Below are positions 10,961-24,681 of a DNA stretch of 64,000 nucleotides, piece after piece (within the stretch, counting starts at the first letter, position 1; each line of letters starts with the position of its first letter). The notes beneath the pieces are model-generated. The model was not told the origin of the DNA. It did not search any database and was given only the letters and a program-made list of their open reading frames with translations. Position numbers and translations under genes: made by a program. The stretch lies in the NCBI RefSeq assembly GCF_964204645.1, contig NC_134035.1:4712001-4776000 (forward strand), in the 5' to 3' direction. Origin of the DNA: Tubulanus polymorphus (taxonomy: Eukaryota > Animalia > Nemertea).

Positions 10961-13900
10961 GAATTTATTATCGGGCGATTTGTCGGCGAGGATTCGAATG
11001 TCAGAAACGCGGTGGCGATCGCGCCGTCGACATCTCTTCCGTGCAGAAATTAACCGTCAAACAAACCATTCGGCGATTTGTAATGAAAAAAGAAAAAATC
11101 CGAATCCGCGATTTAACTATTTAATTACTGTTGTTTATTTATCTTTCTCTGTGACAGCTGATGTTCGGGGTCCGTTTCAGCATCAAACGCGGATGGCCAC
11201 GTTAGATAATTAATTGCGGGTTTGGATTTTTCTTTAATTAATCGAATTAATTAATTAACTACTGTTAATTTTTCTGCCCGCTGGCAGTTTTCGGGTCACA
11301 GTTTCTTCGGAAGAGACAGAACAACACAGTAAAATAAACAGTAATTGATTATCAATTAGATACGAGTTTGGATTTTTCTGGCGAACGTTTTTTAACAGCA
11401 AAACAGTGATGTTCGAGTTTTAATGGGATCTAGAATTTAAAGTGTCATCACACGCGTGTGAATATTAGGTCAGCTGCGATGGCATCCATCCAAAAGTGCT
11501 GTTTATTCAAATTTTGACTGTATCTTCTATCAGGAGAACACGCTTATTTGGACACGATCTACGCATTTTGCGGTATCCGGTAACGACCGTTTTAATTCTC
11601 GTTGCAAAGCTGCAATTTTGCTACTACCAAATTTTGTGGATTTTTAAGTAAGTAATAACTATTCAATCGATGTTATGTTTAGATTATGTGGCAAATATAA
11701 CTAGATTTAGATTCATTTCGAAAAAAACCGTATTGCGCTTGGTTTATCATTAGCGGGTTTTGTTTTAGAAAACACGTCGTTGATTAGACGTATAACGGAA
11801 TGATGAAAGTTTTCGTTTTTCTGCCTGTGGACTGTGGTATTTACATCGACGACGATACACTGCCTGACCGTCCCGTCTCCATGACGCTCTGGGGAACTTA
11901 TCGCATGGGCGGAGCATAGAAGCCGTCGTGCACCGATTACAGATATCCAACCATAATAGCGCTCATTGCTGTTTTACGGAGAACAAAAACAGAAGCGCGT
12001 GGTTTTCGCTTTGCCGCGGTCGTTAATTACACATTTTGACAACACTTTCGACCATATTTTGGTCATCAGAGCATAACGGCGTCTCCCACTTATTTAACCC
12101 ATACAATTAAACTATTGATTAATGATTAATAGTTAAATTGTACAGAAATAAATCGTCAACAATTGAATTGCGATCGAAACACAGAATCGAAAGGTTCGTC
12201 ATTTTTCGAGTGAACAGGGATGCGGGTTCTCGAGCACATTCATATATAAGAGCCCGCGTCTTCGGTTTTTCAAAACACAATCCACGCTTTCGAAGGTTTT
12301 TGAAATAAGAACACGCGTTATCTAACAAAATTCAAGTGCCCGTATAGCACATCTGACGCGCGTCCAGAAATATGAGGTATTTTCGTTTGAAAAAATACAA
12401 CAAAACATCAAAGAAAGAATAACGGGCGAAATAGCTAGTTTAAATTTCGCCAGTCGAACAATTGGTTTAAATGATGATGCAAATCATACTATTAGAAAAG
12501 CGCGCAAAATAATCTGCTTTGTATCTAAATTATTCAAAATTATATTCAGTGTTTGACAAAGCCAAATTCATAAATTTTTACGAGTAACATTAGCCATTTC
12601 TTGCGTTTCAAATCATAAATTTGAAATAGTTTTAAAATTCGCCGAAACATCACAAAATGCTCCATCTGTTTCGATCCTTATGGTCGGCAAAATGATTGTT
12701 AATTAATATTTTATATAAATAAAAGCGACACATTGTTTCCCGGTATTTGCCGTTCGGTCATCGGATATTTATTCAGAGGGCGAGAGGATTCACGCGCAAT
12801 CAACACAAGACACAAAGATACAAATCACCACATGGAGATGATTTAGCCCGGAACGAATCGGCACAGATCAGACCCGAGTCGGATTTTGGCCCGTTAAATC
12901 CACAAGACACTAAATAGTCGGTTGTATGAGTTAAAATAATTAAAAATTCATAGAAGAACAAACAGTTTCATTTTTTTCATATATTGAATTTAATACGCTC
13001 AACGTTTTTGGGTTATGCCTCAGTCCGTAAGGATTTTAAGTACATTAATGAGTGATTTGAATTGAACAATACCCCTTCTCGAGAAGACAAGTCACAAATG
13101 CTGCAAAACTACAGTGCGTATCGAAACCAGGAACAGTTAATCGCCAAGAATTTTAAGAGTTTATTCGTAAACGACATAAAATGAGCCGTTTTATCAATTT
13201 CAATGACAGATCGACCGAATTTACAAAACCGGAATCCGGCACGTTGCGAATTTATGGAAAATGTGTGAATAAAATCGGCGAAATTGAATAAGATGGGATA
13301 AAGTCTATTGTATTACGAGGGTAAATCATATTTTCGACCTCTTTGGTTGCGTTTAATTCTTTCCTAAAAAGCCGCGCAAACAAGAAGCTTCAAAACGTAA
13401 GTTTTCCGGATTAAAAGGTGAGTTAATGAAGAAATGATGAAAAAAATACTAGATATCTCTAGAATTGATTAAAACGACATGTTTTCCATGAAATTAATGA
13501 CATTTTGTGACCTCAAAATGGGATCATCGCGCTTTGGATGTATGATAATTTATTGCGAATATATTTGAAATATCGTTGACACAATGGACCAGGTAGATGG
13601 TGTTACATGATGCTGGAAGATGGCACCACGTCGCAACGATTCGTTCTCAGCGCGATCGAAGATTTCTGCCGATATTTCGAGGTTCGTCTCCGAAAAAATG
13701 GCACAATAGACAACAGAGTCTTTCAAAATAAGAAAAACAATGTGGTTCAAGCAGTGAAGAATTTGTTATTTGTTATTTTATCGGGAATGACCGTATCACC
13801 CGTATCGGCGCGCGAGAACGCCGCCTGGACAGACAACACCGTTCGTTGCTGCCATCTAACGTACTTTCTAAGCGTTAACACGAATGTTCAGCTTTAAGAA

Positions 13901-14090
13901 ATTTGCATTCCAACAAAACGCATTTTCAAATCATACATACACGCAAAGATACAAATTAAGGTTAATTTCCTCAAATATAATTGAAAAAATAAATACTAGT
14001 GAACAAAGTATTGCATGAGCTTCGGTTATTATTAATTCAAAGAAATAAATAAGAATGGAGCATGAAGTGACCTTACAGCTTCAATCCAAT

Positions 14091-17000
14091 ATGGCGGCGT
14101 CCATCGTTCACGCTGGGGACTATTTATTAGTTATAAGCGGTCATTCCATCGCTCACTATTCCACTACGTACGTAATTCAACGCTTTTACGATAGATGACG
14201 ATGCTGAGATTGTTATGAACCGGAGTTTGTAGCTATTCATAGACAGTGCGGCTGTAATTCTGGCCTACAAACGAAAAATTCACTCGCGTAAGCCGTATTT
14301 CCGGTATTGCGCAATACTCGTTGTAATCCACCATAAACCACAATTCGAATCGAATTTCGTTTTTTACTTCGAATTGCAATGCATTCTTAACTAATGCTTG
14401 ATTGGCCGTGATTCTAACCATTGTCCTTAACTAAGAATATGTTTAAGACCTGTAGAAACAGGAGTTCGCTGTAGAAATATCAATGGTCCATCTTTAATCC
14501 TAATCTAAGAACTGCACCGCAGTTGATGGTGCATTCGCGAACGCATAGTAGGCCTATAATCATGCGTGACGCTTACCCTAAAGGGGTATTAAAATTGAAG
14601 TGTAGTGTCATTGCCTTACTGTAGTCTTGTCCGGCTAGGACTGCTGTTCTCAAATTCGCTATTAGTAGACGAGCCTGGCGGAAGCAATTTGGGGCTGGTA
14701 CGATCTGGAGTATTAGTAGAACCTTTTTCAAAAGGTTGGAGGTGTGACCAGTGAGCGCTGAAAGCGTGAAGCGAGTGGTCTGTAGGGCCTGCCCATAAAA
14801 ATCTCAAATAAGTCTCTCGTAGATGTATTTGAACCATGCAATCTCCGCCGATGTTGAGCAAGAACTTGTGTACGAGTGGAAATTGAAATAGCGAATTTGG
14901 ATGGAACCGATTTGAGGAAATTATTGTTCCGACCAAGATCGGCAAGTCGCTCCCTTTCCACCGGCCCTCTTAGATGCATACCATGTTTTAGATTACAGTC
15001 GGTGGGGATATCTACGCGTTTTAACTTTGTAATGTATCTACAAGTTTCGTCGAGTCCGTTACTTGCTAATTGCGAATATTCTATGTCGTTAAATTTGTTG
15101 TGTTAGTAGCTAGGTATTATCAAGAATCGAGCGGCTCCGATATGTATTTGGGCATTATAGATTTTCAACTCTATGCGCACTCTCAAGTTTTTTTTTGTTA
15201 ATATGAATTTGCTTAAGACCCGAAAGGGTTAATCCATACTTCTGAACTGAACTAGATAGAACTGAACTGAACTGAACTGAACTGAACTGAACTGAACTAG
15301 ATAGAATTTGATTGATGTACATACACTTGTTTTAGCATTATTTAAGATATTCGGGAAGCTGTTAATTCCTTCATTTTCCCCGTAATTAAGTGCGTTATTT
15401 TCCCCATAGCGATGGAATTAATGAAGTAATTGATGTAAGCGACGGTGACGAGACTCAACCTCGCGTTACCGAGTCTACCGATAAGACAGAAGATAAGCCG
15501 GATAAAGAGCATCTCACTCGCAAAGACAAGTAAGAAATATTTGAGAGATAACTGAATAGACTAACGTATTATGATTATAAAGCTAATATTGATTCTTATG
15601 AACCAGTTACATAGTGTATAATTTGATTCCTGTTCATGCATTGAAAATGAACTGACTTTAACTCTCAAGAATCAGACATATATGGTGTGAATCTGAGTTC
15701 TGTATCTATTCATATTCCCCTCATTAGAATATTACTCTCTTTTTCCCATAGCTTTATTAATTGATGGTATATACTTAAGTTTATAACCCCCTACCCTGCA
15801 AATAGTACATAAAATGCCTTAATTCTTCTTCATCATCTAAATCATCACGAAAAGCTATTTGTATTTTGAGCCCCAATTTACAATTCAATTTAATAAGTGT
15901 TTCCGAATTTATCGTTTGGATAAGTCATCACATTACTGAAGTCATCTCTATTTTTAAGTCTCAATTTATATTTCCAATTCAATTTACTACCGGTTAAATG
16001 TAAGTCATTTGGATATCAGTCATCAATGTAAAGATCGGACCAACTGCAATGACTTAAGCGAGTTTGAGGCTGTATTTCAGAAAACGCCGTGTGCCCTATC
16101 CATCGTTTGTTCTGTTACTTTCAGAGATGCCGGGGAAGGAACGTATCGAATACTGGCGTTTAAATTATCTCATTCGAAAAAATACCTCGCCGTTTCTACG
16201 GATAATAAACAATTGTTACTATATAAACTGGATGCGCGTTGTCAACTGATAAGTCGGAGGTAAGCTTCTAAATACCAGGGGCCGGTTGCATAGTCATGGC
16301 TTAGACTTAAGACCCGTCTATGACCAACTTAGTTCTATAGCCAATCTAACAACTTAAGACCAGTCTTAAGATTTAAGACCACTTTTTGACTTAAGTCACG
16401 ACTGTGCAACTGGCTCCAGGGGCCGGTTCCATAGACAGGGCTTAGACTTAAGACTGGTCTAAGACAAACTTAGTTCTATAGCCAATCTAAGAACTTAAGA
16501 CCAGTCTTAAGGTTTAAGACCACTTTTGGTCTTAAGTCCTGACTATGGAACTGGCCCCAGGGGCTGGTTGCACAGTCGTGGCTTAAGTCCAAAAGTGGAC
16601 TTAAATCTTAAGACTGGTCTTAAGTTGGTATAAGACTGGTCTTAAGTTGTAGCCGTGACTGTGCAAGATCTATTCACGTTTAATCAATGGATGCTTGTCC
16701 ATAGCTGTCCTAAAGATCATAATAAGGATAATGATAATATTGATAATAATTATTTATTTATATAGCGCACTCCTAAAAATTGTTATCAGTACACTTTACA
16801 TCGGTATCAAGTAAACATGAGCTGATAAAATAGTAATTTAAAACGCTTGGAGAATAGATATTAAGTTCAAATTTACCGGTGCCTAAGATTAATTGCGGTT
16901 ATAGATTTCCTAATAAAGAAGTTAGTTTTCAAATTCTTCTTTAAACATTGAACTGATGCACTTTGTCTAATACTTATAAGGGCAGTTGGTTCCACAAGAC

Positions 17001-20000
17001 AGGTGCTAGAAATTCAAATGCCCTGTCATCTATTGCGCGTTGATAAGACTGATTAGGCTTCAGATTTGATTCTTTATACAGTGAGAACACTATGAACAAA
17101 GGAATTTTAAAATCCATAGAAGCAAAAACAGTACAAATCTCATTTTCTAATGAGTAATATATATTTATTATAGCGAACGTTTTCGGGAGTTACATTATCC
17201 CCTCTTCAGGCATAGCGCAAGTGATATTAGATTTACATATCATACTGGTATTTTCAAATACTTTCATATATCTTCACTCAGTAATTTACATTGTGTGCAA
17301 TTAATTATCTTTGCATTGTAATTATCTTGTCGCTCAGTAATTTGAAATTGTTTGTAATTAGCTTCGTCTTATTCTATATAAATACCAGTGATATGTAAAT
17401 TTTAATTAATCACTTGCGCTATGCCTGAAGAGGGGATAATGTAACTCCCGAAAACGTTCGCTTATAATAAATATATATTACTCATTAGAAAATGAGATTT
17501 GTACTGTTTTTGCTTCTATGGATTTTGAATTTTCTAGACTCTCTCCCTGAGAACAAATTTTAACTTTTTGAGATTCAATTTACGATTGCGGAATTCAATC
17601 AGTTCCAGGTACGATACAATGTTTTATCCGACTCGGAAATCAGTTTTCGACGGGTCGTAACAACATGTCGGTACGAATTGCTTGATTTAATTCTTTTGTT
17701 TACGAGTAGTTAATAGCCGCGCGTTCATCACGAAATAATCGTCGGATTCACCTCTTGACGAGCGAATTGCTCCGCGCATCCCGATGTCAAATCGAATTTC
17801 CTTTTGTCCTCGGCGAATTTAATTCCGGTCTTATTTCTGTAAGCTGATGAATGAACAATGCCCTCGGAGCGGCGGCGGAGGGGTCTCTTCGGGGATCGAT
17901 TTTCTGCTTGACCGCGTGTATTTCTCGCACCTGGTCAGTTAACCGTTCCGCGGACACACGCGGTTTACGCGCTTCGTTTGACGAGCAAATCAGAACTTTT
18001 AATTCGTGATGTCATCGCTCTATTGCCGCCTGTCTTGAAATGTCGTATTTCACACCGCGTGCTTGCCGCGCATTCACATTATTAGAATTCGCGCAGATTA
18101 CAGATTACAGGTTATGATGTAAAAAAAAATCCCGCTAAGTAAAATGGTCGTTTCACCCATGGCTGAAACAACTATAATCTAGAGTGAAAATTTTTGTATC
18201 ACCTCTAATACATACATACATGCACCATGATCCTATTTGACTGGAAACAAAAGTACAGCGGTCTTTAGATACTATCAGTAATCGATTAGAAAAAAACTGG
18301 ATTGACCAGATTATGATGTAGCCTATAAAAATTCCAAATAAAAACCCTTCGATAAAGAAATAGAAGAATCTAAAACGATCGTTCTTACGATTTAGAATAG
18401 AAACGAATCTTGCGACGGATTTTTAAACAAGTGATGAAGATTTCATTGTGAATGCGAGATTTTCAGAACGGTCTTTGTTGCGTTGGATTTTAGGAACAAC
18501 GCGGACGGGGAATGAGCGAGGAGCGACGACGACGACGTCTCTTCATCATCGGTTACAATCCTCTCTGATCAGAAATCATTTCCTCGCTCTGTCGGGAGTT
18601 TCCTCGTCTCTCTCGCGGGACGACGGTCGCGCTTTGATATGTCGCGGTGGCGACGCGCGCTGTAGATTTAGCCAGTGGCTATAGATGTGTCGACTCACTG
18701 TCGGTTTAAATCCGCGGCCGGCATTAATTACGACTGCTGTGTATGTTCGGGGGTTTCTCTTAGCCGTCCCGAGGTTCTGTCTAACGGAGATAACGTTGTC
18801 GTTTCTTAATTGAATATGACTGCACTTTATAATACAACGCGGTAAGTATACAACATCGACCCCCAGTGGTGACAATAGCGCAGCTGCCAAGTGTTACCGA
18901 GATTATCCTTATTTGTCCTTTAGCCACCGAGAAATTAACTGATTTGATTTGATGTGTACGGAAACATGAAATGTGTTACTTGATTACGGAGTAATTTGGA
19001 AAGAAATATGAAAGGTGTTACTGATGGTCTTACCCCCTTGATTACTGATTAAATTGAACTAAAAGATGAACAAAGTTGTTACTGAGGGTCTTACCCCCCT
19101 TGATTACTGATTAATTTCAAAAGAAATATGAAAGGTGTTTCTGAGGATCTTACCCCCCTTGATTATTGATGAATTAAAACAGTAATATGCAAGATGTTAC
19201 TGAGGGTCTCATACTCTTGATTACTGATTAATTTGAACCAAAAGATAAAAGTTGTTACTGAGGGTCTTACCCCCCTTGGTTATTGATTACTTTGATAAAA
19301 AATGTGAAAGTTGTTACTGAGGGTTCAGCCTCCCCCTCGATTACTGAAAACTCAATGGAAAAAATGACTGATAGACCGATATTAACCTCAGTATTCAGAG
19401 TTTTTTGTTGTTTTGATGATAAAACCGTCAGAAAGTAAATAGTTAAATCAGCAACTGTGGGTTTTACTCATCAATAACTGATAGAAAAAACTGATATATT
19501 TTCAATGAAAAAAAGATAAAACAGCTTCCACAATATTGATGATATCTTAAGTTTGTTATTCTTACATTTTCAAGATTGATCTGAATCTCGCCTTCGGAGA
19601 ATCAGTACGACTGTCGGAATAATAAACTTAGAATCATCAAATTCGAGATCATTCCTTGAAAAACAATTGAGCTTGTTAGCAATTTGTCTTTTGTCCGCTC
19701 CGTGAGAGGAAGGGGGACGTTCCGCTAATCGAACAGCGCGTATACAGGACCCTCACACGTTGCATGTAGTATGACTTACAAGCAGTTCTTCAGAGACGAG
19801 ATCTCATCCGAAACACCGGATGCCTCTGAAATAAACATGTGTCCGACTGACGGAAACGATATTAAAATTCGCTCGCAGTTCGATGATTGAGATTATTAAT
19901 AATCGCCGAGGCGCGGTCGGGAGCCGGGTCGCCGTTTCTAATAATGCCACATCCGACGCGCATTGTCGGAATTACTCTTAACCGACGTTGTCTATTCTTC

Positions 20001-23000
20001 GCGCTAAGAAAGTTGCGTCGTGCGACGTGTTACACATCTGCGACGCGGGTTAATAAAATTTTCTACATGGATGACGCGCCGGGAAATTACAACCGTAATG
20101 TTGCCAGCCTCGGCGGTGCCTCCGTCAGAGACGCGTCAGTCTGGTTGAACCGTAGTACCGACATTTTTATTCTCGTCTCTATGAATAGGACTTAAAGACT
20201 TTAATTTAGAAATATGTCTGCCTCCATGAATTCTTTTTATGACATGATCTGATTGAACCACGTAGGACTTTATAGAATCTTCATGCAAACATCCCTGCCT
20301 CCATGAAGCAGACATGCTTTCTAGAAGGGTCTTTAAAGTCCTATGTGATGATGTCATATATGACATCACCTCCGAGGACTATATAGACCCTTGTAGAAAG
20401 CATGTCTGCCTCCAGGAATTCTCCTTATGACATATAGATCCTAATAAGAAAGATATATCTGCTTCCAGGAATTCTCCTTATGACATCACTATTCAAAATC
20501 ATATTTGCCTATTTGGTTTCTTACTTTGTTTAAAAAAAGCCCCAGTACCGGTAAATGATAACTTCTACCAACTACCAACGTCCCTAATTCCCTACAACGT
20601 TCAAAAAGAGGAATTTATTCTTCTACTGGAGGGACTGTGTTTATAGGACCATTATCTAAGAGCTCCATTACCATTTTTCAAAGGTTAAGAATTACTTTTC
20701 CAGGGCATCCCCCTAATGATAAATCCTAAAAGTTTTAGGATTTATTATCAGACGAATTGCCAAATTTTACACGTGTACAAATAAATTTACTGTTATGAAA
20801 TTATCTATATTGAAAAAATGATTCGTTCTATTTTTGATCAGGTGTGTAATACGTAGAGTGAGCTGTATGAGTTTCGATCGTGCTGAAGAATTTGTGTTGT
20901 GCGCTGACAAGTCCGGAGATGTGTACCGTTATCCAGTCCGTGAACCTGAGAAAACCGGTGATCTTCTGCTCGGCCATTTATCGATGGTTCTCGATGTGGT
21001 ATGTATTTTTCTCGGTGACCGTGGTGATAGATTTTTAACCGCGATCGCACGAGCGTATTTGCCCGGGGCAACTGTTCACACTGGTGCCAAATAGGTCCGT
21101 GCCTGTTTAACTCGAGAATTATTGCGTGTGAATGCTAAATGGTGGCTAACGGCTGTGGATCCAGAAGGGGGTTCTAAGTGCCCTTTTTGAAAATCCACTT
21201 GACATAGGCCCTTATCCCCTCTACTGTTCTTGATCTAAAATGACGTAAAAATATACCTACATTTTCAAAACAATTTTCCTCCAGACCCCCTGCAGGCATT
21301 TCGTGGCCACGTCACTCACACTGGGACACTGCCACGTCTAAAAAGTGCCCTTTCCATATGGGGTGACCCACTTTCTACTACGCTGCCTCACCTTGCTTGC
21401 CACAGCATTTTACTTTGAAGTGAGTGGTTAGTATGTGAACACACTCTCTAATTAGGCACGGGCCAAATTTGACTTGGGTCTGCTCCAGGGCCAGTTCGAC
21501 TCGCGCCAAATCGTCTCTTTGTGATCGCGGTTTATTTCTCGTTTCCCGGTTTAAATAGTGGTTATTTTTTTCAGGTGATATCGCCGAATGATGAATTTAT
21601 TTTGACGTGCGACCGAGACGAGAAAATCCGCATTAGTCGTTATCCGAACTGTTACAACATCCACGCATTCTGTCTCGGACATACAGAGTAAGATCAATTG
21701 TTGTCCATCGTTGAATTAGAAGCTTATGGGTTTGAAAGCAAAACGTTAAAAATACAGAGTCGACTCCACTGGGGCAAGCCAATAATTCAATGAGTCAAAA
21801 TTTTTTCAGGTGCCTGTGATACTCCAAAACCGGAGGTGGATCCAGGAGCCAATTTTGAAGAATTTGGTACATCCCAAAACGACACTTTGATGTCCAGAAA
21901 GGCCATATTAGGTGCACTGAAATGCACCAATTTTCTGTGTTGAAGAAATGAAAAAGGCCACTCAAAAAATTTGGGTCAAAAAGTCCCCCTGGACCCACCC
22001 CTGAAAGCAAACAGAGTCCATTCAAGCGTCTTAATTTGGTTTTTAACTGATATCGAAAAGTTTGTTACACTATTACTGGATACAGATTTTTAAACAAGTT
22101 GGAGTTTAATATGGTCAAGTTATAAAACACGAAGTAACCAATGAGAATAACAAACTTTTTGATGAAATCGTGGGGCCAATTGCTCAAAAGTTGGTAAAAG
22201 ATAACCGGTGGATAAAAAGTAACATTGAAGTTTGAATTGTCACTACGATCATTATCCACTGGTTAACTATAACCAACTTTGAGCAACTGCAGCCCCTGGC
22301 TTTGATGTTTCAAAATCAATAGTTTACAACTGCCCAGTTTGCCACCTGCTTGTATACTACAGTATATTCTAACTGAATGTGGTAATATCTGCGTATTGAA
22401 ACAGTCGTGCGACATCCTCTCGACGCTGTCATTTCAACGATTGCCCGTAGATGGCAGCAACTTCTAGCAGCTCCTACTTCAAATGATTTGATGATTGTTT
22501 TATTGATGGTTTCAGGTTTGTGACGGCGATGTGTTTGCTAGATGGTTTCAATGATCTGATGGTATCCGGATCAGGGGTAAGAGAACCATTTCAATGAAAT
22601 CATCCCTGAAAACCAATCTTTTGCAAGCATTAGAATATCTTTAATTTCCTTAATCTAATTCGAATTATTACCTGCCGTAAATCAAATCACTGGTCCTCAT
22701 TTGTTTCATAAAACAAGTCTGTTATAATCACAAGTAACTACAGTAAACCTTGTCCAACTCGTGACAAACTGGGACAGGTGAAATTGGTCCGAGGTAAGCG
22801 AAGTCCGAGTTAAAGATAGGAAAGATAAGTTAGGAAGTCCCAAAAATGATTTTTCTAAGTTATTCAAAAGTTCGAGTTTGGCATGACCGAGGCATGGCAA
22901 GGTTTACTGCATATTGTAAAAAAAATGATTTAAGTATCATTTCTGGATTTTATGTTTTTTTGTATATATTTGATAGGATGCGACGATACGACTGTGGAAT

Positions 23001-24681
23001 TATCGCGATGGGCGCCCTCTATCCTGCATCGACTGCAAACGGCATACGGTTACGAACGTCAATGACAATTTAGCCGTACAATGTTTACGTTATCATTCTC
23101 CTAGTCGGCTGTTGGCGGTTAGTTTTAAAAAGTAAGATAATATGTCGAAATACTGATTAGTTTTTTACAGAAATGTGAAAGATCTTACATAGAGTCACCA
23201 CCAGAGATGGCCACGACTGTGCCTGATTTTCCTGGTGTATTTAATGTGTTTCATTTTTGTCCCCGAAGACTGAAGAATACTGAATTGATTTATACAGTAA
23301 TGTGCAAGATCCTACTGATGCAGGGACGGATCTAGGGGGTGGTCTCGGCAAGTCCAGACGCCTGCCTTCTCATTGAGGTTGCCCTTTTCATCAAGTCAAA
23401 GATCGTTGAAATCTGAAAATTTGTCACTGATCCCTTCGGAAATAGCATATTTTCAGATGTGTTTCTTCAAAGATATCAAACACAGAGGATAGAATCCCGT
23501 TAGTGGCCTATGACATGACTGCTTTATCTGGAAAACGGACTCCTGCCTTCCAACTTTCCTGTGAGGTTCTTTTCATCGTGAGTATATAATTTTTCTTTTC
23601 AGACAGAAATCAGTTTTACTGTTTGTCGTAGAAGAAAAAGACCGTTCCACTCATTTATCACTCGAACAGCATTTATCGACGACGGGCGACGTGTGGGATC
23701 TGAATTTTGACGCCGATGGAAATCTGTTCGTTTTACAAAATATCGAAAATGAAACTGTGCTAATTTTCACGAAGAATGAAAGCGGAAAATACGACGTAAG
23801 AAGGGGAACGATGACTGCAGATAGTTTTTAAAAAGCCGTTTGATTTGTTATCTTAAAACATTTCTTCATTTTTCAGGAATCCAAATCGAATTCTTATACA
23901 GCTATGATGGACAGAATAAACAGCGATTGGAAGTTTTTTGCAGGTATCAAATTATGCAATATCGTTAGTAAGGCGAGAAAGATTGGTACCTTGTAACTGT
24001 TTCTCCTAATCGTCGGAGTCATTTTATGAACTGCAATAATCAGTTCATTTCTATAGCTGCCTGGGGTCAGTTGCTCAAAAGTTCTTTACAGTTTACCAGT
24101 GGATAGTTTACACGGTGAACACCTGGAACACTCAGGCAATCAGAAAAATCTAGAAAAAATCACAGAAAACTTAGGGAATTTGGATAATGCTATTGACCGC
24201 GTGTTTCTTTTTCAATTACGTGATTCAATGGAAAATGAATGAATTGTAGCATTTTGAACCTAGGAATTTCTCTGATTCACTCTTAACTATTGAATTTTGT
24301 GTAATCACGGAAAAATCAGGGGATTTGTAAATGGGCAGAAAGTGACCACCCGGATTATATACACTTTATACTAGTCTCGATATGTTGTTATTGCTTTTAA
24401 AATTTGCGTAATCTGTGTGATTTGTTTTATGGATCTGTGCGTAATTTACGTGTGTTTCTTTTTTCAAAGATTCGCTGCAACACGACGACGATCCCGGTTA
24501 CTCGAGTTTATACAAGGTGAAATTCGACAACATGAAAGAATATTTGGAGAAAAAACACAAACGAATCAACGCGGGAAAAGCATCGTCTGCCGAGACTGAG
24601 GAGGAGGGGAAGGTGCTGGCGTCGTCCGCTGAGATAAATAACGAACCTCCTCTTAAAAAGAACAAGATTGTGAGTTCTTAA
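14091..24681 (+). CDS. WDR4: tRNA (guanine-N7)-methyltransferase non-catalytic subunit WDR4/TRM82, 10 coding exons
   Basis: Exons 14091-14167, 15410-15529, 16125-16259, 20842-20998, 21575-21687, 22516-22576, 22977-23131, 23603-23795, 23877-23943, 24470-24681 join in phase with GT-AG introns. Diagnostic motifs [80 protein letters not shown] at ~24742. Confidence 0.93.
16279..16665. mobile_element. Tandem array of three PIF/Harbinger-type MITEs (138-bp unit)
   Basis: Copies at 16279-16416, 16420-16557 and an inverted truncated one at 16561-~16665; TIRs GGGCCGGTTKC..GMAACTGGCYC, each separated by CAG (CWG-type TSD). Solo copy at 32482-32615. Confidence 0.75.
16720..17080 (-). mobile_element. 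3' fragment of an L2/CR1-clade LINE
   Basis: Minus-strand translation [16 protein letters not shown]/(frameshift)[19 protein letters not shown] is the typical CR1/L2 ORF2 C-terminus; ends TGTAAAGTG..GCGCTATATAAATAAAT with an (ATT)n-like tail. Confidence 0.7.
17109..17526. mobile_element. Foldback palindrome of Penelope-like terminal repeats (~150-bp arms)
   Basis: 17109-~17256 is a near-perfect reverse complement of ~17380-17526; each arm carries a hammerhead core followed by AATAAA. Confidence 0.7.
17420..17466 (+). ncRNA. Minimal hammerhead ribozyme motif (second copy on the minus strand at ~17169-17214)
   Basis: CTGAAGA, stem II GGGG/TCCC, GAAA, palindromic AACGTT, C17; short imperfect stem I; followed by AATAAA. 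Confidence 0.55.
18960..19350 (-). repeat. Same ~60-bp tandem repeat family, reverse orientation (~6 units)
   Basis: GTTACTGAGGGTCTTACCCCCCTTGATTACTGATTAATTT repeated. Confidence 0.85.

Noticed and set aside
12041-12069. Hammerhead-like CTGATGACCA..TGGTCGAAA on the minus strand
   Set aside because: Stem II would have to use the core GA, and no stem I/III forms; at most a decayed relic.
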